Origin: Omnitrophica bacterium RIFOXYB12_FULL_50_7
Lineage (GTDB): Bacteria > Omnitrophota > Omnitrophia > Omnitrophales > Aquincolibacteriaceae
Length of the DNA stretch: 39,813 bases
Reading direction: 5' to 3'
NCBI GenBank assembly: GCA_001804345.1
Contig: MHFU01000026.1
Coordinates: 1-39,813 of the forward strand
The first letter of the stretch is position 1; each line of letters begins with the position of its first letter. Shown in pieces: positions 17,034 to 24,323 of this stretch. The translations under genes and the position numbers were made by a program. Below the pieces are notes generated by a model. That model was not told the DNA's origin and searched no databases. It saw only the letters and a program-made list of their open reading frames with translations.

Positions 17034-17165
17034 CGCTTTACGAGTAAGGCATGACTCGGTACTATGATCCCGTTTCCTGGGCGCTGTCCATAGCCTACCT
17101 GCGGAGCCGGTGAGCACGGTTTCCGATGTCCTTGTAAAATTGTTGAGCCAATAAAGGAGAAAATT

Positions 17166-17798
17166 ATGCCCTTTGGATTCCTTCTTCCGAAAGAAACCAG
17201 TTTCTTCGATTATTTTGACAAACAGGCGGATTATGCTGTCCAGGCTGCCACTCATTTTGTAAAAATGGTGGCCGATTACAAGGTCGATGAAGTTGAGGTC
17301 GGGATCATGAAAGAGATCGAACATCTCGGAGATGAAGTGATCCGTCAGATTTTAGACCATCTTAACAGTACTTTTATTACGCCCTTCGACCGGGAGGATA
17401 TTCACGACTTGGCCAAAAAGATGGATGATATTGTCGATATGCTTTACACCATCACTAAACGCCTCCGCGTCTATAAGATTCTGAGCATGGAGCGAAATCT
17501 CACGGAATTTGCCCGAGTGATCGAAATGTCCGTCAAAGGTGTTTCTCAAGCTGTCAAAGGTCTTCGGGACATGAAGAACAGCAAGAACGTCCTTAAGGCC
17601 TGTATCGAAGTGAACAACCTTGAGAATCTCGGGGACAGGATGCGTGACGACATGCTCGGGGAACTTTTTGAAAAATACGCCAAAGATCCCGTTGCGATGA
17701 TCAAGTGGAAGGATATCTATCAGGACGCGGAAACGGTTCTGGACGTGTGCGAGGACGTCGTCCATGTGGTCGAATCTATTCTTGTGAAACACGCCTGA
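17166..17798 (+). CDS. DUF47 (PhoU-like) phosphate transport accessory protein
   Basis: N-terminus FGFLLPKETSFFDYFDKQA... and length fit DUF47/TIGR00153-type proteins, which are usually paired with PiT. Confidence 0.85.
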   Translation: MPFGFLLPKETSFFDYFDKQADYAVQAATHFVKMVADYKVDEVEVGIMKEIEHLGDEVIRQILDHLNSTFITPFDREDIHDLAKKMDDIVDMLYTITKRLRVYKILSMERNLTEFARVIEMSVKGVSQAVKGLRDMKNSKNVLKACIEVNNLENLGDRMRDDMLGELFEKYAKDPVAMIKWKDIYQDAETVLDVCEDVVHVVESILVKHA

Positions 17799-17818
17799 TT
17801 TTTTTGTAAAGGAGCATC

Positions 17819-18811
17819 ATGACCGCTTGGATCCTTTTTCTTGTCCTGCTGGCGCTTACATTTGACTTTCTGAACGGGTTCCACGATTCCGCGAATTCGA
17901 TTGCGACGGTTGTTTCCACCCGCGTTCTTTCCCCGCAGCATGCGGTGCTCTGGGCCGCTTTCTTCAACTTTATCGCGTTCCTCTTTTTTGGCCTTCATGT
18001 GGCCAACACGATCGGGAAGGGAATCATTGATATCAACATTGTGGATAGCCAAATCATCTTTGGGGCGTTGATGGGTGCTTGTGCGTGGAATATCATTACC
18101 TGGTATTTTGGACTCCCAACCAGTTCTTCTCACGCGCTGATTGGTGGGTTGGTCGGGTCGGCGCTTGTGAAAGCCGGTACAGGATCTCTGGTGTGGAGCG
18201 GGATCATCAAAACAATTGCTTTCATTCTGATCTCACCCGTGGTTGGACTTTTTCTGGGCGTCATTTATGGCGTGATCGTCCACTGGCTGGCCCGGAAGAG
18301 TTCGCCGGCCGGAGTCGATCACTGGTTCAGAAAAGGCCAGCTTGTTTCCGCAGCCCTCTACAGCTTGGGCCATGGCGGGAATGACGCCCAAAAGACCATG
18401 GGGATTATCGCAAGCCTTCTTTTCAGCGCTGGGCTCCTTGGTAAAGAATTCCACATCCCTTTTTGGATCGTGATCACGTGCCATAGTGCGATTGCTCTTG
18501 GGACGATGTCCGGAGGGTGGCGTATCGTGAAAACCATGGGTCAAAAAGTCGCGAAGCTCCGTCCTGTGGACGGTTTTTGCGCGGAATCGGGAGCTGCCAC
18601 AAGCTTGTTTATAGCTTCGGCTTTTGGTATCCCGGTCAGTACGACGCATACGATCACCGGCGCCATCATGGGGGTGGGTTCCTTGAAACGCATGAGCGCG
18701 GTGCGGTGGGGTGTTGCGGGGAATATCGTGTGGGCGTGGATCATTACGATCCCGTGTTCTGCAGCGATCTCGGCCATCTCTTATGCCGTGGCGAAATATT
18801 TTTTAAAATAG
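17819..18811 (+). CDS. pit: Inorganic phosphate transporter, PiT (PHO4) family
   Basis: GFHDSANSIATVVSTRVL near the N-terminus and the repeated GGNDAQKTMG motif. Polytopic membrane protein. Confidence 0.9.
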   Translation: MTAWILFLVLLALTFDFLNGFHDSANSIATVVSTRVLSPQHAVLWAAFFNFIAFLFFGLHVANTIGKGIIDINIVDSQIIFGALMGACAWNIITWYFGLPTSSSHALIGGLVGSALVKAGTGSLVWSGIIKTIAFILISPVVGLFLGVIYGVIVHWLARKSSPAGVDHWFRKGQLVSAALYSLGHGGNDAQKTMGIIASLLFSAGLLGKEFHIPFWIVITCHSAIALGTMSGGWRIVKTMGQKVAKLRPVDGFCAESGAATSLFIASAFGIPVSTTHTITGAIMGVGSLKRMSAVRWGVAGNIVWAWIITIPCSAAISAISYAVAKYFLK

Positions 18812-18836
18812 CGGCTTCATCCGCTCGCTCTTTTTT
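18810..18836 (+). terminator. Weak candidate terminator after pit
   Basis: AGCGG-CTTCAT-CCGCT stem-loop, then CGCTC and TTTTTT. Confidence 0.4.
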
Positions 18837-18961
18837 CCTCAATCCGCGATCCGAATCAGATTCGGGATACGCTCGAAGTTTCCCGTTGTTTTTGTAGCGG
18901 AAGAATAGTGTAGACCCTGCTCGTTCCGCCCAACACGGATGTGAAAAACATTTCCCGCGTT

Positions 18962-20284
18962 CTATGGTTTTCCCATTTCCAGCGAAGCGTCTACGGAAGG
19001 GTCGAGGGTGGTTTGAGCGTCTAATGCGGAAGATGAGGCGGACGGAGGTTTATCATCTATGGCGAGATCTGCATCCGCGCTATCAAGCGTGGCTGTCTTA
19101 GTTGAAGTTTTCGCTGGTATGTCCTGAGGGCTTTCTGGCGCTGATTTCACTTCCGGCGAAGGTTTTGGTGAAGCGGCTTTTTCCGGAACTTTATTTTTTA
19201 TAGCTGGAGGATGTTCCGCCTCGTAGGGCAGGTTTAAACCTGCCCTACGACCAGCGTTCGAGTCCTTTTCAGAATTTGTTGAAGGGGAAACGAATTTTTC
19301 TCCAAGTTTGAGCCGGCGCGTGTTAAATCGCGGGTCTTTTTCATCCAGGAAAACTTCTTTGGTTCCAGGCGGGACTCTCAGGATAAATTCCAGCGGATCG
19401 ATCGTGTCCAGGGCTTTCACCCGGGTGAAAAAAATCGCACTGCCTTTTTGTGTCTCGGGAGACGTGATCGTGATCTTCTTTGGAAAAACAATAGATTTGT
19501 AGGAACCGACTTGACCCCGAAACTCACGAAAATCATAGCGCTGGATCTCCGTGACCGGTTGTTCTTTAGAGTTATAAAAGAGCTCCCCGCGTACATCGCC
19601 CTCAGGTGTCAGGTATAACTTTCTTTCCAAGATTCTTTCGTTGTCATTCCGGCCATAAACGTCCAGGCTTGTGATCGCGGAATTGGTCCGTTCGACCCTG
19701 GTACGACGGGGGTCTACGGCCATCGGCTTGAGCGCCCGGTAAAGATCGCGGGCCTTGAGATGGCTTTCAATGTCCGGAGAATCCTCCAGATCAAAAATGG
19801 ATCCGTGATAGACCGTGTTTTGAGCTGGGAGATAAAGGTCAAAGCGGCGGTCAAGCGTGCGGAACACGAACATTAGCTCCTGCCGGGCGTCCACGCAGGT
19901 GAGGAACATGCGCTCATCGAGACGTTGGTACAAAAGTTCGCCGCCGCACAAGGCGTTTGGGTCGCCGGCTTTTGCGAAAAAGAGAAGTACGTCCGCGCGG
20001 ATTGCAATCCAGCGGTAATGACGAGATTCGATCTTTTGGAGAATACTTTCCAGTTCTGTGTTCGGGGCTGTTTCTGCCCAAACGAAAGAACTGAAACCTA
20101 AAAGGGAGAAGAGGAGGACGGCCCAAAAAATGGAACGCGTCGGGCGGTCCCAATAACTATCAATTGACGCAAAGCGGCACCTGATTCTCTTTAATCTAAA
20201 AACAAAGATAATCAGTGCCGTCCAAGCCACCATGAATAAAAAGAAAAAAAGATTTGGACGGCAATTAAGACCTGGGCGGTCCAT
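18962..20284 (-). CDS. Hypothetical envelope protein with an N-terminal hydrophobic anchor and a Pro/Ser/Ala-rich C-terminal tail
   Basis: 440-aa ORF starting 1 nt after the upstream gene stop, which suggests translational coupling. Hydrophobic segment IFWAVLLFSLLGFSSFVWA. No family recognised with confidence. Confidence 0.6.
   Translation of the reverse strand: MDRPGLNCRPNLFFFLFMVAWTALIIFVFRLKRIRCRFASIDSYWDRPTRSIFWAVLLFSLLGFSSFVWAETAPNTELESILQKIESRHYRWIAIRADVLLFFAKAGDPNALCGGELLYQRLDERMFLTCVDARQELMFVFRTLDRRFDLYLPAQNTVYHGSIFDLEDSPDIESHLKARDLYRALKPMAVDPRRTRVERTNSAITSLDVYGRNDNERILERKLYLTPEGDVRGELFYNSKEQPVTEIQRYDFREFRGQVGSYKSIVFPKKITITSPETQKGSAIFFTRVKALDTIDPLEFILRVPPGTKEVFLDEKDPRFNTRRLKLGEKFVSPSTNSEKDSNAGRRAGLNLPYEAEHPPAIKNKVPEKAASPKPSPEVKSAPESPQDIPAKTSTKTATLDSADADLAIDDKPPSASSSALDAQTTLDPSVDASLEMGKP
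19221..19250. repeat. 30-bp perfect palindrome inside the hypothetical gene
   Basis: TCGTAGGGCAGGTTT|AAACCTGCCCTACGA has no mismatch and no spacer. It encodes GRRAGLNLPYE in the low-complexity tail. Confidence 0.9.
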
Positions 20285-20881
20285 TTAATCTCGCGAAGTT
20301 TCAGCGAGGATTTTTTTCGTGTGGAGGATTCGCTGAATGGCCGTTGCGTGCGTGCCGACAAGCAGAACCAGGAGGACGAATTTCAGAAGCGGCGAAACAA
20401 GAGTCCCTGCGATCAAAAGGAGGATCCTTTCCGATCTTCCGAATATGCCGACACCGCAATTCTTAATGAAGTTTTCGGCTCGCGCCTTAGTGTAACTGAT
20501 CACAACAGAACCGAGGAGGATGCCAAGCGTAACAAAGAACCAGAAGATATCACCGCTTCGGATGAAATAGGTCGCCAACCCCGCGAACACGAAAAAATCC
20601 GAGTAGCGGTCTACGACCGAATCGAGAAAAGCCCCGAAGGAGCTTGTTTTTCCGGTCGTGCGTGCCAGAAGCCCATCCAGCAGATCGGCTGCTCCGGCGA
20701 CGAAAAGCATGATACCTCCCAGGAAAAGATATCCCTTCGCATAGAGGATCCCAGTTAGGAAGCTCAAGGCAGCTCCCGCGAGCGTCAGCTGAGTCGGGGA
20801 AATGCCTTGCGCCTTTAGGGAAGAGACGATGGCGTTTGCAATCGGTTCGACTTTGGGATAGAGAGTTTCGCGTAGGGACAT
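20285..20881 (-). CDS. CDP-alcohol phosphatidyltransferase family protein (candidate phosphatidylinositol-phosphate synthase)
   Basis: Exact family motif Dx2DGx2ARx8Gx3Dx3D in DLLDGLLARTTGKTSSFGAFLDSVVDRYSD. Lies downstream of the inositol-3-phosphate synthase gene. Confidence 0.85.
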   Translation of the reverse strand: MSLRETLYPKVEPIANAIVSSLKAQGISPTQLTLAGAALSFLTGILYAKGYLFLGGIMLFVAGAADLLDGLLARTTGKTSSFGAFLDSVVDRYSDFFVFAGLATYFIRSGDIFWFFVTLGILLGSVVISYTKARAENFIKNCGVGIFGRSERILLLIAGTLVSPLLKFVLLVLLVGTHATAIQRILHTKKILAETSRD

Positions 20882-20927
20882 GGCCGTTTACTCCTGTTTA
20901 AAAAATATACAGCGAATCGTTTCCTTC

Positions 20928-20966
20928 TTGGAGGACAGGCATTAAGTGATGGTCTGTCCCTTAAGA
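20928..20966 (-). repeat. Intercistronic hairpin, GGACAGGC family member
   Basis: GGACAG (20933-20938) pairs with CTGTCC (20954-20959); flanking CTT/AAG also pair. Lies between the ino1 stop and the CDP-alcohol transferase start. Confidence 0.5.
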
Positions 20967-20977
20967 ATATAACGGGA

Positions 20978-22093
20978 TTACCGGGGGCAGGTGCCCTGGA
21001 TGAATTTTCGGACAAGTTCCTTGGCTTCGTAATCCACGATTTGTTTAGGTGGATGCTTCATGGTGTAAGCCGACATGGAGATGAGTGGTCCACCAATCTT
21101 GCGGTCCCGAGCGATCTTGCAGGCCCGGATCGCGTCGATCGAACAGCCTGCGCTATTGGGCGAGTCCTCGACAGAGAGACGCATTTCAGCCGTGACGGGA
21201 AAACCGCCGAAACCGCGGCCTTCAATGCGCATGTAGCAAACCTTGTTATCATTCTGCCAGGGAACATAATCCGAAGGACCGATGTGGATATTATCCTCAT
21301 CGAGAGGCACATCGAGTTGGCTCTGGACCGCCGAGGTCTTGGAAATCTTTTTTGATTCCAGACGCGCACGATTGAGCATGTTGAGGAAGTCGGTGTTTCC
21401 GCCGGTGTTCAGCTGGTACGTGCGGTCGATCTTGACGCCGCGGTCCATAAAAAGTTTTGCAAGCGTGCGGTGCGTAACGGTGGCGCCGATCTGTGCCTTG
21501 ATATCATCACCGACGCAGGGGATACGCTTCGCCTCAAAGCGTTTCGCCCAGGCCGGATTGGAGACGATAAAAACTGGCATGCAATTGATGAGGCTTATGC
21601 CCGTTTTAAGGCAGGCTTCGGCGTAGAACTCTGTGGCCTTTTGGGAGCCGACCGGGAGGTAATTGATGAGAATCTCCGCGCCGCTCTCCTTAAGGACCTT
21701 TTCCACATTACAGGGTTTCTTATCGGAGGGGAGGAAGGTGCGGTCATCTTTATAGCCGGCCATATGTTCGGAAAACCCGTCCAGGATATTACCCATTTCG
21801 ACCTTGATCTTGCTTTTAGCGATCGGGCCGATGGACCAGACGCAGTTGGGCTTTGCAGCAAGCGCCACATCCAGACGTTCGCCCACTTTTCGCTTGTCGA
21901 TGTCAAAAGCCGCCACGACCTCGATCTCATGGGGGAGATAGCCGCCCATGTCATAGTTCATGAGGCCGAGATACTCAGTGGGCTTGTTTTTGCCAGGCTT
22001 TTGGTTGGCGATCACTCGATAGTATTCAAGGCCTTGGACAAGCGACGCCGCACAATTTCCGACACCCACGATAGCGATCTTGATCTTACCCAT
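20978..22093 (-). CDS. ino1: myo-Inositol-3-phosphate synthase
   Basis: Start MGKIKIAIVGVGNCAAS (Rossmann fold) with a GGAGGA SD. Motifs YQLNTGGNTDFLNM and the conserved C-terminal half match bacterial/archaeal-type MIPS. Confidence 0.9.
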   Translation of the reverse strand: MGKIKIAIVGVGNCAASLVQGLEYYRVIANQKPGKNKPTEYLGLMNYDMGGYLPHEIEVVAAFDIDKRKVGERLDVALAAKPNCVWSIGPIAKSKIKVEMGNILDGFSEHMAGYKDDRTFLPSDKKPCNVEKVLKESGAEILINYLPVGSQKATEFYAEACLKTGISLINCMPVFIVSNPAWAKRFEAKRIPCVGDDIKAQIGATVTHRTLAKLFMDRGVKIDRTYQLNTGGNTDFLNMLNRARLESKKISKTSAVQSQLDVPLDEDNIHIGPSDYVPWQNDNKVCYMRIEGRGFGGFPVTAEMRLSVEDSPNSAGCSIDAIRACKIARDRKIGGPLISMSAYTMKHPPKQIVDYEAKELVRKFIQGTCPR

Positions 22094-22452
22094 TGATTCC
22101 TCCCGTTTGATTTGCATGAAGACGATGGGATTTTTTAGACGGCAGAACATGATAGCAGCAAGCTCTCGAAAATCAAGCGAAACAAGGTGTTTCTAAGCGT
22201 TATTGGCAGCAAAGGTTACGCCTCATACGTCCGATAACCCCAAGATTCGTTTGCCCTTTGTCTAAAATTATTTTATGTTAGAATATCGCCAGATTTTTCT
22301 TTCTTTTCAAAAAAGGTAGTTGGCCTTGGCTTTCTATTGATTTTTTGATCAGGAAACCAGGACAGCCCCAATCTCATTTGTTTTGATTGATAGTGAGACC
22401 GCCCGTTTATGCATCACAAACTGTCGAATCTCTTTAAAGAAAGGTAATCTCA

Positions 22453-22773
22453 ATGGCTTCGTATGAGGATTTTCAGAAATTAGATATCAAGGTGGCTGAA
22501 ATCGAAAGCGTGACCCCGCATCCGAATGCGGACCGGCTTTATGTTCTGGGGATTAAGGTGGGTGAGGTGCACAAGCAGATCGTGGCCGGGATCCGGGCCC
22601 ACTATACCGAAGAGCAACTGAAGGGGAAGAAGATCGTCGTGATCGATAATCTGGATCCCGTCGTGATTCGCGGCGTGGAATCCCAGGGAATGCTTCTTGC
22701 CGCCTCCGATGACACAATCCTCACCCTCGTTGTTCCTGAGCGTCTCATTTCCGATGGAGCGAAAGTGAAATAG
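22453..22773 (+). CDS. tRNA-binding domain protein (CsaA/Trbp111-like)
   Basis: 106 aa. FQKLDIKVAEI...HPNADRLYVL...VAGI...VVIDNLDPVVIRGVESQGMLLAA is the OB-fold tRNA-binding domain pattern. Confidence 0.85.
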   Translation: MASYEDFQKLDIKVAEIESVTPHPNADRLYVLGIKVGEVHKQIVAGIRAHYTEEQLKGKKIVVIDNLDPVVIRGVESQGMLLAASDDTILTLVVPERLISDGAKVK

Positions 22774-22794
22774 ACCAAAAACCGGGGACCGGCT

Positions 22795-22878
22795 AACGGG
22801 GAACGCTGAACGTCTGCCTGTCGGTAGGAAGATAAAAACTCTTCGTTTCCCGTTCCCCGTTTCCCGAGGGGTTTTTTT
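22795..22878 (+). terminator. GGGGAACG-family long hairpin followed by T7; likely terminator
   Basis: AACGGGGAACGCTGAACG (22795-22812) pairs with CGTTTCCCGTTCCCCGTT (22844-22861): 11 bp perfect, 2 mismatches, 1 G-U wobble, then 4 bp. TTTTTTT at 22872-22878. Confidence 0.65.
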
Positions 22879-22885
22879 GATATTC

Positions 22886-22914
22886 TTGTCAAAGAACATG
22901 CGCTATGTTAATAT
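22886..22914 (+). promoter_or_regulatory. Sigma70-like promoter: TTGTCA, 17-nt spacer, TAATAT with extended TG
   Basis: TTGTCA at 22886-22891 and TGT-TAATAT at 22906-22914. The DUF1015 ATG at 22924 is only 10 nt past the -10 and has no SD. Confidence 0.5.
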
Positions 22915-22923
22915 CCCGTTCCT

Positions 22924-24258
22924 ATGAACGACTCTCGTGGTTCCAGCAATTTAACAAAGCAGCTCAACTTTCAGCCGTTTAAGGCCTGGCGCTATAACGC
23001 CGAGCGCGTCAAAATTTCTAAAGTCCTGGCGCCGCCCTATGATGTGATCTCTCCGGAGAAGCAACAGAAGCTTTATGAGAATTCACCGTTTAATAGCATC
23101 CGTCTTATCCTGAATAAAAAAGATCCCGCGGATACAGACCAGAACAACGCCTACACACGAGCTCGCGACACATTCCAGGAGTGGCAGAAGCAAGGCGTTC
23201 TGATGCAAGACCCGGAGCCCTGTTTTTATGTGTACCGGCAGACCTTCAAAGATCCCGTAACTCAATCTACAAAAAACCGGTTCGCGCTGCTTGGCCGTGT
23301 CCAGCTTGAGCCGTTCGAAAAAGGTATTATCGTTCCTCATGAGAAGACGCTTCGCGGCCCCAAAGAGGATCGTATGAGACTTCTCCGGACCGTGCGGACA
23401 AATTTCTCTCCCGTGTTCGGTCTTTATAAGGACAAAGGGTTCGAGATCCGGAGCATTATTCAGGATCCCATGAATTCCCGTCCCGCATTCGAGGCTGAGG
23501 ATGATGACAGGATCGTGCACACGCTTTGGGCGATCGAGGATCCGGACATTCTCGCCAGGCTCCACAAGGCCTTGCAGTCCAAGAAAGTCTATATTGCGGA
23601 CGGACATCACCGTTATGAGACCGCGCTGGAATATGCCAGACAGCAAAGAGAAGAACAGCACTCGTCAGACCTTGTGCTCTTTCCTTTCGATTACATGTAC
23701 ATGGCGCTCGTGAGTTTTGATGACCCGGGGTTCATCGTTCTGCCGACGCACCGGATTGTGACCAAGCTTGGCATGAGCGGCGGTGAGGCCATTCGCAAGC
23801 TTGGAGAATATTTCAAAGTGGAAGAAGTCTTGTTTGCCCAATTAAAAGAGATGACGGCTTCTTACGATCAGGAAGGAAGGATCTTCGGGATGGTTCTCGA
23901 GGAAGGGTGTTTTCTTCTGACGATGATCGACAAAGAGAAGGCGAAAAAGCGGATGATCCAGGACAAACCCGACATTTGGTACGACTTGAATGTGAACGTA
24001 CTTGCGCATCTGATTTTTGCTGAACTGCTCGGGCTTACGGAAGATCGATGGGAAGCGGTTTTGAAGTTCGAACACACGGTTGACGGAGCCGTAGCCCCGC
24101 TCCAAAAGGGCGAGGCGCAGGCTGTTTTTCTCCTGCAGCCCCCCAAGGTTGAAATGCTCGAAAAGATGGGCGCTGTCAATGAGCGCATGCCTCAGAAGTC
24201 GACCTATTTCTATCCCAAGCTCGCTACCGGGCTTGTTTTTTATTCGCATAAAGAATAA
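22924..24258 (+). CDS. DUF1015 domain-containing protein
   Basis: N-terminal FKAWRYN...VLAPPYDVIS and internal IADGHHRYETAL are DUF1015 hallmarks. Confidence 0.85.
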   Translation: MNDSRGSSNLTKQLNFQPFKAWRYNAERVKISKVLAPPYDVISPEKQQKLYENSPFNSIRLILNKKDPADTDQNNAYTRARDTFQEWQKQGVLMQDPEPCFYVYRQTFKDPVTQSTKNRFALLGRVQLEPFEKGIIVPHEKTLRGPKEDRMRLLRTVRTNFSPVFGLYKDKGFEIRSIIQDPMNSRPAFEAEDDDRIVHTLWAIEDPDILARLHKALQSKKVYIADGHHRYETALEYARQQREEQHSSDLVLFPFDYMYMALVSFDDPGFIVLPTHRIVTKLGMSGGEAIRKLGEYFKVEEVLFAQLKEMTASYDQEGRIFGMVLEEGCFLLTMIDKEKAKKRMIQDKPDIWYDLNVNVLAHLIFAELLGLTEDRWEAVLKFEHTVDGAVAPLQKGEAQAVFLLQPPKVEMLEKMGAVNERMPQKSTYFYPKLATGLVFYSHKE

Positions 24259-24266
24259 CGTTTACA

Positions 24267-24303
24267 AAAGGGGACAAGCAATCCCTCCAAGCCTGTCCCC
24301 TTT
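24267..24303 (+). terminator. GGGGACAGGC-family hairpin after the DUF1015 gene
   Basis: AAAGGGGACA (24267-24276) pairs perfectly with TGTCCCCTTT (24294-24303), and GC/GC extends the stem. 11-nt loop. A TTTCTCC tail follows. Confidence 0.6.
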
Positions 24304-24323
24304 CTCCATTGTGAAAAGATAAA

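Noticed and set aside
17130-17150. Possible reverse-orientation Pho half-site (TGTAAA) upstream of DUF47-pit
   Set aside because: There is only one good half-site. The partner 11 bp away (TGAGCC/TGTTGA) matches poorly, so the evidence is insufficient to call a Pho box.
21470-22096. 208-aa + strand ORF
   Set aside because: It is antisense to the inositol-3-phosphate synthase gene and has no motifs.
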